Source: a virus
Taxonomy: Duplodnaviria > Caudoviricetes
Length of the DNA: 64,000 nucleotides
Strand: one strand, 5' to 3'
Virus record (IMG/VR): IMGVR_UViG_3300031992_000011
In this document: piece after piece, positions 27,833 through 38,251 of the stretch
How the letters are laid out: each line of letters starts with the position of its first letter
Position numbering within the stretch: the stretch's first letter is position 1
The notes under the pieces: generated by a model
Told to the model about the DNA's origin: nothing
Seen by the model: only the letters and a program-made list of their open reading frames with translations
The model's database searches: none
Program-made: the position numbers and the translations under genes

Positions 27833-28617
27833 AATGTTTCCACCTTTGTCTTTTTCTTCCGGGTTCCGGTCACTGTGTTGACATCAAAGTTTATTTTCGT
27901 GAACCCAGCTGCCGTCAGCTGGTCATACATCTCGCAGTCATATCCGCTTATGAGCAGTTTTGCCTTGCTGTTTAAGCATTCTTCTATGAATTTCTGTTGC
28001 ATCTCGTTGTCCATGTCAACGCTATACCTCGTATCCCCTCTTGTGTCCCAAGCATATGGCGGATCGCAGTACATGAACGACCTGTCATACTCCCGGTAGC
28101 GGTTCATCAGCGCTATCCCGTCACGATGCATTATGACCATGTGACTCATCCTCTGATGGAATTCAACAAGTTTGTCCACTGTGCTGAGGTAGTCCGACAC
28201 TGACTTCGCCATCCCCCTCCTCACGACCATATTAACAGACATCCCGCCTATGCCGTTGTGCGATGTCCGGTTGACGTAAAAGAAATAGAACGCCCGCTCA
28301 ACCTCGCTGATTCCTCTGTCCTTGAGTCTCTCGCGGAACTCGTCACGGAACTGCTCGGAGTACGGGTAAATGTCACATTTCGACTTGAACTCCACGAACA
28401 TGTCCTTGTCCGCTATGACCTTGTACAAGGTGTACACATTTTCGTCGAGGTCGTTGTATATTTCAATCTCGGGTATATGTTCCATGTGGAACCCTATCGC
28501 ATAGGAACCGCCGAACGGTTCTATGTATGTCGTGTATTGTGACGGATCCGGGAAGTGCGGTATTATCTTGCCGAACATACCGTTCTTTCCGCCGAAATAT
28601 TTGATTGGGGCGTTCAT
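27817..28617 (-). CDS. Dam-like (D12 class) adenine methyltransferase
   Basis: YFGGK, YIEPFGG, YNDLD, YCDPPY. Confidence 0.9.
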   Translation of the reverse strand: MNAPIKYFGGKNGMFGKIIPHFPDPSQYTTYIEPFGGSYAIGFHMEHIPEIEIYNDLDENVYTLYKVIADKDMFVEFKSKCDIYPYSEQFRDEFRERLKDRGISEVERAFYFFYVNRTSHNGIGGMSVNMVVRRGMAKSVSDYLSTVDKLVEFHQRMSHMVIMHRDGIALMNRYREYDRSFMYCDPPYAWDTRGDTRYSVDMDNEMQQKFIEECLNSKAKLLISGYDCEMYDQLTAAGFTKINFDVNTVTGTRKKKTKVETLWKNY

Positions 28618-28633
28618 ATTTTGTATTTTTTGG

Positions 28634-28665
28634 CAAAGGTATGTTAAAATGAACTGATGTGCAAG
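28634..28665 (-). promoter_or_regulatory. Bacteroidota sigma-A promoter CTTG-N20-TACCTTTG
   Basis: -7 element exact; upstream of the MTase pair. Confidence 0.75.
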
Positions 28666-28697
28666 GATTTTAACATTTTTAACACGTTGATCGTCTC

Positions 28698-28704
28698 TAT
28701 TTAT
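28698..28704 (+). promoter_or_regulatory. Putative late promoter TATTTAT
   Basis: cTATTTATA upstream of ATG 28734. Confidence 0.6.
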
Positions 28705-28733
28705 ATCGTAGAGTTAAAATTCAAGTTATTGAT

Positions 28734-29267
28734 ATGAATGATTGGATAGATGATGATAGATTGAATAAGTTGTCCACACAGTTCAGCAAAATTTTCCATA
28801 ATTTTCGCGACCGTTTGGAAGATATGGTAACTTCAAACACACTGATGCGTTCGGTGGTTTCAGAAATTACAAATTGTCGTTGGACTCGGAATTACGACAT
28901 TGTATTCGACTTGTATCTAAAGACCAGAAACCGTCGTTTCATCGACGATCTGTCGCGATTGTTCCAACGTGAGCTGGGTGACATGTACGCATTCCTGCGC
29001 CTGCGTGATGGAAGCGACATCCGCCGAGATAACCCGTCAAACATTCGTGAAACGTACAAAGGAATGAAACTGACCGTGGCGTTCAATCCGGACGAAATGG
29101 CGGAGACAAGGTTGACGCAGCACGAAAAAGGTTTTGTTGACAGTCTAGATTCGATGTCGGCCAAATATTCGGCGCCCGGACATGAGTTCAAGTCCAACGC
29201 GAATGAGTCTGTCGTCCGCCGATTGGTAGAGGAAAGTGTCGCTTCCGCCATACGCAGACTGTTGTGA
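28734..29267 (+). CDS. Orphan protein with C-terminal NE|SVVRRLVEESVASAIRRLL tag
   Basis: 177 aa; own late-type motif; tag resembles the leaders of 20958 and 56318. Confidence 0.65.
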   Translation: MNDWIDDDRLNKLSTQFSKIFHNFRDRLEDMVTSNTLMRSVVSEITNCRWTRNYDIVFDLYLKTRNRRFIDDLSRLFQRELGDMYAFLRLRDGSDIRRDNPSNIRETYKGMKLTVAFNPDEMAETRLTQHEKGFVDSLDSMSAKYSAPGHEFKSNANESVVRRLVEESVASAIRRLL

Positions 29268-29288
29268 TGCCTCATTTGTGTGCATAGC

Positions 29289-29331
29289 AAATAAAAACAA
29301 CCGATTTTCGTCGGTTGTTTTTATTTTTTTT
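29289..29331. terminator. Bidirectional terminator between convergent genes
   Basis: aaataaaaacaaccga-ttttcg-tcggttgtttttattt. Confidence 0.8.
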
Positions 29332-29348
29332 GGTTGCGCATTTTTGTT

Positions 29349-29837
29349 TTAGTATGCCAAAATGCAGTACTGTGGTCGTATAGAGATGCTGATTGTCGCC
29401 AGCCCGTCGTCTGAATAGTCGAGGTCGTCGAAACTTGAAGAAACGACCATACAAGACTTGAGTATCCACATCGAGATAGACGCGCCCGTCGGGTCGAGCA
29501 TCTCGAGGATGAGGTCTCGCTTGTATCCTGCGGCATATCCCTGTCGTCCTGTCGCCGACTCTGAATGGAGTCGCACCCATTCCATTACCGCCTGCGACGC
29601 TGACGGGCCAATCGGGTCTCTTAGCACAACATTTATCTGCTCCCACAGATAGCGTCCAACGACCCAACTCGAAGTGTTGAGGAACGGGATCTCAGTCTCG
29701 CCTTGTGTTATGGTCGGGCGTGAAGCGGACGCCACCCACCACTCCTGTATGCCGAGGTCCGAAGGGAACCTGAGCAAGAATCGGTTTTTTCTTAGCGGCT
29801 CATATTCAACCGGAGCCTTTATAAGCAAATCATTCAT
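29349..29837 (-). CDS. gp19: Tail tube protein (T4 gp19-like)
   Basis: EPLRKNRF, ASRP-I, W--I---L-D, V-EW, YKRD--LEMLDP-G----W-L, LDY motifs. Confidence 0.85.
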   Translation of the reverse strand: MNDLLIKAPVEYEPLRKNRFLLRFPSDLGIQEWWVASASRPTITQGETEIPFLNTSSWVVGRYLWEQINVVLRDPIGPSASQAVMEWVRLHSESATGRQGYAAGYKRDLILEMLDPTGASISMWILKSCMVVSSSFDDLDYSDDGLATISISIRPQYCILAY

Positions 29838-29877
29838 TTGTACAAATTGATTCTGTTTTTCGTTATTTTGTCCACTT

Positions 29878-29884
29878 ATAAATA
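29878..29884 (-). promoter_or_regulatory. Putative late promoter TATTTAT
   Basis: Upstream of tail tube ATG 29837. Confidence 0.6.
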
Positions 29885-29904
29885 TATATCACGAGAAAAT
29901 GGAT

Positions 29905-31329
29905 TTAGTCATATCGCTCTGTCTCGTCGTTCACGATGTCGAATTCGAGCAGATCGCGGTGGTAGAGCAGTTCTATGCCGTACCTGACCCTGATGTCGAT
30001 ATAGTATCTTGACGGTATGAGGTCCTCTGTCCTTATCAGAAAGTAGTTCATGTCATACGCACGTTCTGTCGGCGAGTATCCGTAGATGTCTATCTCGCTC
30101 TCGCCGTTCTTTGTGTACAGGCGATATTCTATGTTGGCCTCCGAGTAGGTCTGTTTGGAAGTATAAGGTATTTTGCACTCGACACTGACTTTCCTTATGT
30201 CCCCTCTCCTTATCTTCTCCCTGTGCCCTATTCCGTACACGTAAGGCTTAAACGTCTCGCTTCCGTTGTTCTGCGGTATGCCCAACGTGAAATGCGACTC
30301 GGCGTTTTTCGGAACGAACCTGAGTTCCACCTCGCCCATGTCGTACCCGTTGTACGACAGTCCTGACCATGTGTCGAAATACATGGTGTCTGGTTCGAAC
30401 TCCGCCCTGTCCGCGACCTCTATGTAGTAAGCGCCCTTTGTCGGCGACTTCACCTCATATTCCTCCCCGTTGATGGACGCCTTCGGCATGCTGTCAAGGT
30501 TGATAGGCATTCCGCCTGACGCGGCGAAGAAATACAGCCTGTTCGTGCGTCCCTTGCAGAAGTTCAGCCTGTCGTCGGCGACCGGGTTGTCGTATTCTGT
30601 GTGTATGAAAGGCTCGTACAGCGAACGCGTGTGGCCGGTGAACATTCCGACATACTGCGAAACATTCTCCTCGCATTCCTCGTATTTCGGTGAAAACGCT
30701 ATGCCGAACCCGTTGTTGCACTCATCTCCCGCGATCATCGAATTGAAGATGTCTGTCACGTCCACCGACACAGGTTCGTTTCCCATGTCAAAGTGCTGGT
30801 ATGCGAATATGACGTCTGACTTGTTGCCGGACTTTGCGGTGAACAGGTCGAGTTCCTTTGACAGTCTGTCTGTGGAATATATCCCTTCCTCGTCCCACCT
30901 GCAGCGGCTGCGGTAGTTGTACCAGTTCGACCCACCGCTTGAGAATCCTCGCCCTGTGTTGTCGTACAGGTCTTTCACGTAGTCGAACCCGCGTCCTGCG
31001 TCCCAGTCATACGGCACACGGAAGAATATCAGGTCGTATGACACGGCCCTGAGTTTCCTCCCGCTGAAATGACTGTCGTCCATGCCGCAGTTGATTCTGC
31101 GGTCGTTGACGGACGCGGCGTTTGTCATATGCAGCGTGTGCCTCAGCATTGACGTGTCCGCTATTGTTCCGTCGTCGATGAGTCCCCTAACTTTTTCACA
31201 CGGGAAGTGTATGAGACCTCTTGTGAGCATTTTGCCGTAATTCAGTTCCATTACCGGGTTCAGCGCGAGGTTCGCTGATGAACCCCTCACAATGGTGTTT
31301 GATTTGTCGGCATATGTCCTTATGTGCAT
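29905..31329 (-). CDS. Putative structural (baseplate/tail) protein
   Basis: 474 aa between tail tube and gp5-like genes, with its own late-type motif. Confidence 0.5.
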   Translation of the reverse strand: MHIRTYADKSNTIVRGSSANLALNPVMELNYGKMLTRGLIHFPCEKVRGLIDDGTIADTSMLRHTLHMTNAASVNDRRINCGMDDSHFSGRKLRAVSYDLIFFRVPYDWDAGRGFDYVKDLYDNTGRGFSSGGSNWYNYRSRCRWDEEGIYSTDRLSKELDLFTAKSGNKSDVIFAYQHFDMGNEPVSVDVTDIFNSMIAGDECNNGFGIAFSPKYEECEENVSQYVGMFTGHTRSLYEPFIHTEYDNPVADDRLNFCKGRTNRLYFFAASGGMPINLDSMPKASINGEEYEVKSPTKGAYYIEVADRAEFEPDTMYFDTWSGLSYNGYDMGEVELRFVPKNAESHFTLGIPQNNGSETFKPYVYGIGHREKIRRGDIRKVSVECKIPYTSKQTYSEANIEYRLYTKNGESEIDIYGYSPTERAYDMNYFLIRTEDLIPSRYYIDIRVRYGIELLYHRDLLEFDIVNDETERYD

Positions 31330-31344
31330 CTTTCCGCTTTTTGG

Positions 31345-31351
31345 ATAAATA
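31345..31351 (-). promoter_or_regulatory. Putative late promoter TATTTAT
   Basis: cgcTATTTATc upstream of ATG 31329. Confidence 0.6.
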
Positions 31352-31354
31352 GCG

Positions 31355-32236
31355 TCAGTTGAACTTTATTGATTTGGAGAGCATGTCGTCAAGGTTGACC
31401 ATGAGTTTCCTTACCATTTCATTGTCCATCACGGTTGACTTCATCGGGAATGGGTGCGTGTGTGTGACCAGCGCTGTCACGACGTTGCGGAGAAAGTCCA
31501 CGAGTTCGTCCCCGTATATCATAGGATGCGCCTTGGCCTCTATGTTCGCCATCTCATCGTCGTTTATGCATCCGTCCTTTCTGTCCCCGTTCAGGTTAAG
31601 CAGTGTCTTTGAATCATGGGAAAGCAGGTTGATGCGGTCGGCGACTATGTTGATCGAACTTGAATATAGGTCGTCCCGCGTGCCGCGCTGGGCGTACTTC
31701 ATCTGTATGTATGCCGGGTCGACGGTGTTTCTTTTCAGTCTCTTTAACTTCTCTCTCGCGCCGGCGTCTTTCTTGTGTCCGCAACGTATCCTGACCTCGT
31801 TGTCCTTTAGCACGATGTCGGCGTTCTTTCGCCCTTCTATCGCGATGTCTTCCCTTTCCGGCAGAGTGCCCAAGTTCTCCTCGTCTTTTTCCGGGGACTG
31901 TTCCGGAAGTCCGGTCTGCGTTCCGGTAAGCAGCGATCTCGCTGTCCCGTTATGCAAGTCGTAGTCCATCGTGTACGGTTGTGATATGATCGGACCGACG
32001 AAAACTCTCTGAGTACCGGATTTGCCTTTCTGCTGAAGGAACACTATCACACTCTCCCCGACCTTCGGGTTGACGTGAAGATGTTTCGGGAGCATGGGGA
32101 ACACGTATGGCAGCGATTCTATGGGTGCGTTGTCATCGTCGTATGCTGGTATCCTGACCCTTATCCTTCCCCCTCCGTCAGGGTCGAACGTGCTTAGTAC
32201 CGGCAATATGTAGAAATTGGCGTTGTCACCTTTCAT
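31355..32236 (-). CDS. Baseplate hub/central spike protein (gp5/GpV-like OB fold)
   Basis: DPDGGGRIRVRIP...PKVGESVIV OB-fold motif and C-terminal HTHP metal-binding tip motif. Confidence 0.7.
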   Translation of the reverse strand: MKGDNANFYILPVLSTFDPDGGGRIRVRIPAYDDDNAPIESLPYVFPMLPKHLHVNPKVGESVIVFLQQKGKSGTQRVFVGPIISQPYTMDYDLHNGTARSLLTGTQTGLPEQSPEKDEENLGTLPEREDIAIEGRKNADIVLKDNEVRIRCGHKKDAGAREKLKRLKRNTVDPAYIQMKYAQRGTRDDLYSSSINIVADRINLLSHDSKTLLNLNGDRKDGCINDDEMANIEAKAHPMIYGDELVDFLRNVVTALVTHTHPFPMKSTVMDNEMVRKLMVNLDDMLSKSIKFN

Positions 32237-32417
32237 TTTTGTCGTCGTTTTTCTCCCTGCGTTTTATTTCGGCGTCTATCGCCGAGTATTTGTCGGCCGC
32301 TTTTCCCATGCGTATGTATTGCTTGTACATCTCGGACTTTGCCTGTTCGAACTCGTTGTACATCTCCTCGGCCATCTTGTTCAGTTCTTCTGTCGTGTTG
32401 TCTTTGTACTCGTTCAT
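32226..32417 (-). CDS. Small coiled-coil protein
   Basis: 63 aa, overlapping both neighbours as in a coupled operon. Confidence 0.55.
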   Translation of the reverse strand: MNEYKDNTTEELNKMAEEMYNEFEQAKSEMYKQYIRMGKAADKYSAIDAEIKRREKNDDKNER

Positions 32418-32809
32418 TTGCCGATTCCCTTGAAACTCAGCGGCTGTATGTTGACGCCGCTGAACGTTATCGGACCTGTCGGTCCTGCTCCGGTCCCGGT
32501 GACGCTTACACTTCCGGGTCCTGCGACCACGTCCACCGCAAGGTTGTCCTTTATCTCCTTCACCACCTCCTCGCTGATGATTCTGACAAATTTGTTGATG
32601 ATGTTTGGAGAACCGTCCGGATTCACGCCGGTCGGAATGCCGGCCTCAGACAGACGTTTGATTATCGCTGTCGTTAGCGCCATTGCGGACAGGCCCGGAC
32701 GCTCGCTCGCCTCGCATAAAAGAAGCAACGGCGGTATGGTCGGAAATGCCTTCCTGACGAATTTGAGTTTTCCGTTTACCGCGTTCGCTATTGTGTTTAT
32801 CCATGCCAT
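32414..32809 (-). CDS. Hypothetical baseplate-region protein
   Basis: 131 aa, in operon; Gly-rich C-terminus. Confidence 0.55.
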   Translation of the reverse strand: MAWINTIANAVNGKLKFVRKAFPTIPPLLLLCEASERPGLSAMALTTAIIKRLSEAGIPTGVNPDGSPNIINKFVRIISEEVVKEIKDNLAVDVVAGPGSVSVTGTGAGPTGPITFSGVNIQPLSFKGIGK

Positions 32810-32824
32810 TCTGTTAGCGTATGT

Positions 32825-35029
32825 TTAGCAGTTATCTTCACGCGGAGACTCTTCTTCCGGCGTTATCGTGCCGCGGTAGATGTCGGCATAGTCCACATTG
32901 TCCATGTCCCAGTCGTTGAGACCTCTGTTCCGGCTGAAACAGTCAATGCATCTCATGATGAGTCTGCGGTAGTATTCATATTGTTCCTCGGCGAAAAGTT
33001 TCGCCTCCTCGATGGCGAGCAGGTCGAGCAGTTCCTTGAGTTTGTTGAACAGTATGGATATCAGTTGGTCGCGGACTGTCCGTATCAGTGAAGTGATGAG
33101 GTTCCTGTATGACTTGATGTACTCGTCGATGCCTAACGGCGTGGCCATGCCTAGCACAGACATGTTGACTGCTATGAGCAAGTAGACTTTAGGCGACATC
33201 AGCGCCTGCACAATCACATTCGCGAGTTCGGTCAGTATGGTCTGTATGAATCCGAACTTTACCCCTCCGCTTAGGCGGACATGTTCTTCGCCTTCGCTGT
33301 ACATGTCATATGATATCTCACGCAGACTTCCTTCAATGACAGACTCGACATCCTCCTTTGACGTCCCGTCTGAAATCGCGTCAATTGCGGAAAGTATCTT
33401 GTACGGGTCTACCTTGGCGGCGCTTGTCGCGATGCTGTCCGCCGTGAAATATCCGGCATGCTCGAGTTCGGCCTTGTCCAGCATCGCCTGATACTCTTTG
33501 TTGGAGAACTTGAAGAAGCAGTCTGACACCACAACATCGTCCGACTCTATGACATCCTGCACGGTCTTTTTTATCATGTCGCGGACGACCCTCATCTCAA
33601 ACGACATGTCAAGATTCACGCTTATGCATCCGGTCAAAGCGTCAATCAGTTGGGCCACGACGACTTTTGAGTCGAACAATTTAAGCGAGGATATGTAATC
33701 ATAGTTGAATTCGACCAATGTCCGGTTTTTGTAGTGGTTGGATTTAATTGATCTATACGCATCTGTTCCGGCGTTTTGTATCGCTTGTGTCAGATTGTTT
33801 TTATTTTCGTCCAGTTCCGCCTGCTGTGCTTGTATATACTTCTGCTTTTCTTTTATTTCTTGGTCTATGCTGTCCTTCTGCTTCTTGGCGGCCTTTATGG
33901 ACTGTTTGCGCAAATCCTTGCCGTCAGAATCAATGTCCGCGTCGCTCTCTTTGATTTGCTCTTCCCATTTCGCTATTTCGCGCCCAAGCATCAGCGACCT
34001 CGCCTCAAGCTCAGCGAACTCGCCCTTCGCTTTTTGTATGTTGTCTTGGTTTGTGCGTATTCCATTCTCTATACCTTCTCTGTCATCGTCCGACTTAGGT
34101 TCGCAGTTCCCGAGAAGCACCTGTATTGCGTTGTTAAACGGAACCGGAGGGTCGATAGCGTAGCCTTCGGCGTTCCGCAGAGACGACCCGTTCTTCTGGT
34201 AGTCAAGGGTAATTATTCCTGCGTCCCTCGTGTCTCTTTTGTTCTCGTCATCGGACTGTGCGGCCTGTTCTTTTTGCACAATGTAGCTGGAGCGTCCCCA
34301 TACTGAGTCCCCGAATGTAGACTGTACAAGTTTCACGCCGCGCCAAGCGTGCCTTCTTGCCGCCCGATTCTTCATGAACCACAGGAATGCGTTGAAGTCG
34401 CCGGCGTTGACAAGGTCGTCAGGTTTCTCAAATCCGTCGCATCCGAAATAGTAGTATCTGCCGACATTGTGTTTGAAAAGATTGATGCTTCCGAGCCCGA
34501 ACATCTCACTGGCCATTTGTGAGAGCGGGTTTGACACTGAGGTTTCAATGCCGTTGAACGGCAACTCGGTGTCCGACATCATCTGTTCTGTCATCCCTGT
34601 CTGGTAATCGGCTATCTGTGACAGCGTCTTCATGTCTATCCTGATCCTGTCGTCGAGAGGGCACATTTCCAGTATCCCGAGCAGGTCTATCTCGTTGATC
34701 GGGAACACGACGCCGTTACGGAGTAAATCATCCGGGATGAGTGGGTTCAGTGAGCAAGTGAGGAGGTTTCTGATGTTCGACAGAAGAAGCGCCTTTACCG
34801 AAATCTCTATCGCCGGTATCGCTGTCGCTATCATAGAGCCGACATACTTTAATAAAATGTCATATCCGGCGGTCTGTTTGAACAGGTCCACGATGAATTC
34901 CAACGGGTTGGAACTCATGTTTACGGACACACCGACATTGTCCGCATCAAGATCAGGGAACCTGTTCAGCATCGTTTGTGCCGCGTCTATCGTTCCGAAC
35001 ACCTCACTTTTTATCCTCTGAAAGTTCAT
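32825..35029 (-). CDS. Large structural-region protein with central coiled coil
   Basis: 734 aa; heptad-rich segment of about 110 aa. Confidence 0.55.
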   Translation of the reverse strand: MNFQRIKSEVFGTIDAAQTMLNRFPDLDADNVGVSVNMSSNPLEFIVDLFKQTAGYDILLKYVGSMIATAIPAIEISVKALLLSNIRNLLTCSLNPLIPDDLLRNGVVFPINEIDLLGILEMCPLDDRIRIDMKTLSQIADYQTGMTEQMMSDTELPFNGIETSVSNPLSQMASEMFGLGSINLFKHNVGRYYYFGCDGFEKPDDLVNAGDFNAFLWFMKNRAARRHAWRGVKLVQSTFGDSVWGRSSYIVQKEQAAQSDDENKRDTRDAGIITLDYQKNGSSLRNAEGYAIDPPVPFNNAIQVLLGNCEPKSDDDREGIENGIRTNQDNIQKAKGEFAELEARSLMLGREIAKWEEQIKESDADIDSDGKDLRKQSIKAAKKQKDSIDQEIKEKQKYIQAQQAELDENKNNLTQAIQNAGTDAYRSIKSNHYKNRTLVEFNYDYISSLKLFDSKVVVAQLIDALTGCISVNLDMSFEMRVVRDMIKKTVQDVIESDDVVVSDCFFKFSNKEYQAMLDKAELEHAGYFTADSIATSAAKVDPYKILSAIDAISDGTSKEDVESVIEGSLREISYDMYSEGEEHVRLSGGVKFGFIQTILTELANVIVQALMSPKVYLLIAVNMSVLGMATPLGIDEYIKSYRNLITSLIRTVRDQLISILFNKLKELLDLLAIEEAKLFAEEQYEYYRRLIMRCIDCFSRNRGLNDWDMDNVDYADIYRGTITPEEESPREDNC

Positions 35030-35034
35030 CGTCT

Positions 35035-35430
35035 TTACATCTTGTATTCTCTGACAGTCTCGTTCTTGCTTTCAGCGGCCATCTTGTCTGCTTTTGCGAT
35101 GAAATCGTCCCAGTCGCCTATCTGTTCGCTCTCCTCGAACGTGCGCTTGATGTTCCCGTTGAATTTGATCAGTTCCGTAAGCAGTTTCGCCACCTCCATC
35201 TTGCGCCCGATGGCCTTGTCCTTGCTCGTGATGAAGTCGTTTATCGCTTTTGCGTATTTGGATTTCGAATCCATGCCTTCTTCGGACAGTACCGTCGAGT
35301 TCGCCAGCTTGTTGATCTCATCCTGAACCTGCTTGATGTTCTGGCACGCCTCGTCATATAGTTCTTGCAGAAGTCTCTGAAGGTTGTCTGACGAGTCTAT
35401 CTTGACTTTGTATTTCTTTAATGGTACCAT
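35035..35430 (-). CDS. Hypothetical helical protein
   Basis: 131 aa; first gene after TATTTAC at 35448. Confidence 0.6.
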   Translation of the reverse strand: MVPLKKYKVKIDSSDNLQRLLQELYDEACQNIKQVQDEINKLANSTVLSEEGMDSKSKYAKAINDFITSKDKAIGRKMEVAKLLTELIKFNGNIKRTFEESEQIGDWDDFIAKADKMAAESKNETVREYKM

Positions 35431-35447
35431 TGCTGTTGTGTCTTCCG

Positions 35448-35454
35448 GTAAATA
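35448..35454 (-). promoter_or_regulatory. Putative late promoter TATTTAC within a ttccgg...ccggaa inverted repeat
   Basis: Minus strand reads ttccggaTATTTACcggaa. Confidence 0.55.
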
Positions 35455-35461
35455 TCCGGAA

Positions 35462-36250
35462 TCAGTTTTCCATCAGTATCTCCTTGGTCACCAAATAGAC
35501 GTCCTTGTACCTTTTCATCGCCGCCCTTACTTCCTTCGGGTTCAGCATCGTGTATTCCGATATGAAGTATTGCGCGGACGTCTTGTTGAACTTCCTTGAC
35601 TCTATCCTCGTGAACAGGTCGTCCCAGTTGGTGAGCATCTCTATGAGCGCATACCCAACCTTTTCCTCGTTCTCGGTGAGTTCGAGCTCGTCAGCACGAA
35701 GCAGCATGTCCTTGATGTTCTCCACTGTGGCGTCGATGACTTCGTTGTAGAACGGAAGTGAGCTTTCCTCTTCTGTGCGGTTGTCCCCCTTTGTGCCGAA
35801 TTCATCCTCGTACGACACTGTCCGCTCCGTGTGCTTCATGTCCTGTGTCCTCTTGAGCAGAAGGTATCTCTTGCACACCGTGCCGCAGTATGAGTACGCC
35901 TTGTACCCCTTTGTCGTGTCGAAGTTGTTGACCTTGGTTATGAGGAACGACATCGTGTCATTGAAAGTGTCGTCGTATTCTTCTGACGGTGTGAACAGCT
36001 TGTACCTCCGCATGATGCTCTCTATCATCTTCGTGAACGCGGGATAGAGTTTCTCGCGGAACACGCGGTTGCGGAAGTTCTGGTCGTCGCTCTTGATGTA
36101 CTGCCTGAACGCCTCCTCTTCCTCTTCGTAAAAATATCCGGTCCTTTTGTCCGGATTCGGTTTGCGCCCGCGTTTCTTTTTTACAGCGGGCGCATGTTCC
36201 GTTTCCGTGTTTCCTTGTATGGCCGTGGTGTTCAATGTCTCATCTTCCAC
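35462..36250 (-). CDS. Late-transcription sigma factor (T4 gp55-like)
   Basis: Sigma region-2-like stretch LYPAFTKMIESI...DD...KVNNFDTTKGYKAYSYCGTVCKRYL; no region 4 recognised. Confidence 0.7.
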   Translation of the reverse strand: MEDETLNTTAIQGNTETEHAPAVKKKRGRKPNPDKRTGYFYEEEEEAFRQYIKSDDQNFRNRVFREKLYPAFTKMIESIMRRYKLFTPSEEYDDTFNDTMSFLITKVNNFDTTKGYKAYSYCGTVCKRYLLLKRTQDMKHTERTVSYEDEFGTKGDNRTEEESSLPFYNEVIDATVENIKDMLLRADELELTENEEKVGYALIEMLTNWDDLFTRIESRKFNKTSAQYFISEYTMLNPKEVRAAMKRYKDVYLVTKEILMEN

Positions 36251-36254
36251 CGTC

Positions 36255-37082
36255 TCAACTAAGGGTTTCGTCGTGGAGTGTGTCGATACCGTTTCCGCGG
36301 TCTTCCTTGTACTTGCACTCCTTATATGCGAGGTTGAACCATTTCTCGATATCGGCCTCGGTGTATCTCCGGTTGTATTCGTCCGTTAGGCTGCCCGTCC
36401 TGGCGACTGTGTGCTTGTATCCCTCCTTTGGCGCCACCATCGCCTTCATCCCGTTCTCTGTGAGTCTGAGCAGGAACTCGAAATTGAAAGCGACCTCGAT
36501 GGACGGTTTGAATCCTCCGACCATAATAAAGTCGGCGGTGTTTATCACCGCGCCGGTGAGATTGAACACGGCCATGCCCTCAAGACGGTGCCTGTTGATG
36601 ACCCCGACAGGGTCTGTGTCGTTCTCGTTTGTCGTGATGAACATCGGCGTCAGCGCCATTGTGTTCCCGTATGACCAGTTCTCGCCTTTCTCGTCATGGT
36701 AAAGGTTGACAGGGATGATGACACTCATCGTCTCGTTGCCGACCGAATAGTCGTGCGCCATGTTCAGCCATTTCGGTGTGTATTCGTCGTCGAATTCGAT
36801 GACGGAGAAGTGTTCCGTCTTCACCTCTTCGGCGGCGCGGTTGATTTGACTGCAGTAGTCCGCCGCCCCGTTGTTCTGTACGATTTTTACGCCGCGTTCA
36901 TCCATGAGCGCTTTGAAGTCACCGTTTTCGCAGACATCGGCCGTCGCTACCGCCATCAGCGTGACCTTCCCGTGTTTGTAGTTCTTCACGGCGGCGTCGA
37001 CTGACTTGTACATGTTCTCCGACATCTTGCGGATTTCGTCGTCAAACTTGTGGTATGGTGTGACAATGGTTAAATCTTTCAT
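36255..37082 (-). CDS. Glycosyltransferase family 2-like protein
   Basis: LTIVTPYH, N--A--V-TE-F---EFDD, GGF...EFLLRL. Confidence 0.75.
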   Translation of the reverse strand: MKDLTIVTPYHKFDDEIRKMSENMYKSVDAAVKNYKHGKVTLMAVATADVCENGDFKALMDERGVKIVQNNGAADYCSQINRAAEEVKTEHFSVIEFDDEYTPKWLNMAHDYSVGNETMSVIIPVNLYHDEKGENWSYGNTMALTPMFITTNENDTDPVGVINRHRLEGMAVFNLTGAVINTADFIMVGGFKPSIEVAFNFEFLLRLTENGMKAMVAPKEGYKHTVARTGSLTDEYNRRYTEADIEKWFNLAYKECKYKEDRGNGIDTLHDETLS

Positions 37083-38251
37083 TTCTTGTTATCGTCTTCT
37101 TTTGGGGCGTTATTCTCGACTGTCTCCTTGACCGACTCTATCTCCGTGATGCGGTCCTTGAGGATTGACTCGAACATGTGCAGTGTCTCCTTCTCAAACT
37201 CGGCGTATGTGTATTTCTTCGCCGTCTTGTCCATCTCTTCGTACAGCAATTCAGGCACCTCGTCGCGCATCCACGAACCGACAACTTTCGCCAGCACGTC
37301 AGGCACGTCGTTGATGTTGTTGTACCATATCCCGTTGTCGAGTATCGTGTTGTTGTCGCCCATCCATTCCGGTATGATCTCGGGCAGTTTCCCTATCACG
37401 ATGTTCCCGCACTTTATGGCGTCCACGGCACTGCGGCCGAATGGAGTCTCAGGGTCGTGCCATATCGTGATGCATCCCTCCTTGAGCAACTCCGCATACT
37501 TGTCGGCCGGCATGTTCCTAAGTGCGCGGAAGGTGACAAACTGCATGAGCGGGTATTTCCAGTAGAATGTCTTGATGATGTGCTCTGCGTCCGAATTCGT
37601 CGCCGCTATGTTGACAATCAGGTTTTTCGCCTTTATCGGTTTTGACAGCGTTGACGGGAAATACGGGTTCAGTTTCCTCGTCCTCACGTACGGGAACACG
37701 CCGTTTAGCAGTCTCGCCTGTGTGTCTGTGGAGACGATGGCGTCGGTTATGCCGTAGCTCGCCCACTGGTCGCCGTATGGTATGAATTCGGTGACATACT
37801 TGAAATTCTGAAGTATGGCGTATCTTTTGCACGGAAGTTTTTTGTCGAACGTCTCCTTCATCAGCGACGTGAACACTTCGGGGATGAACAGGAAGTCGGA
37901 CGGGCCGACAGTCCACTGTCCGGAGGATATGTTCATGTGCGGTATGGATGAATAGCTGTCGCCAAGCCATTCTCCGACACCGACGAACATTCTCATCTCG
38001 TCGAGAGGTTTACCTTTCTTGTGCAGTTTCTTCAACTCGTGCTCGCTGTACTCGTTGACTATCTGATAAAGCATCGTCACGTTGTATCCGTTCTGATGCA
38101 GCGTCCTTGCGATGTCGTACACGTACAGCATGTTGCTGTTAGGCACATTTTTGCAGTCTGTCACGAAAAAGAACAGCCGTGACTCCTTCTTGTCTATCGC
38201 CTCTATCGTTTGGTTTATCCTGTTGAGGATTGTTTCGGTCTTGTCGTTCAT
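37079..38251 (-). CDS. GT-B/family 4-like glycosyltransferase
   Basis: DFLFIPE, A-VS, ETPFGRSAVDAIKCG-IVIG resembling E-FG---EA---G--V. Confidence 0.6.
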   Translation of the reverse strand: MNDKTETILNRINQTIEAIDKKESRLFFFVTDCKNVPNSNMLYVYDIARTLHQNGYNVTMLYQIVNEYSEHELKKLHKKGKPLDEMRMFVGVGEWLGDSYSSIPHMNISSGQWTVGPSDFLFIPEVFTSLMKETFDKKLPCKRYAILQNFKYVTEFIPYGDQWASYGITDAIVSTDTQARLLNGVFPYVRTRKLNPYFPSTLSKPIKAKNLIVNIAATNSDAEHIIKTFYWKYPLMQFVTFRALRNMPADKYAELLKEGCITIWHDPETPFGRSAVDAIKCGNIVIGKLPEIIPEWMGDNNTILDNGIWYNNINDVPDVLAKVVGSWMRDEVPELLYEEMDKTAKKYTYAEFEKETLHMFESILKDRITEIESVKETVENNAPKEDDNKK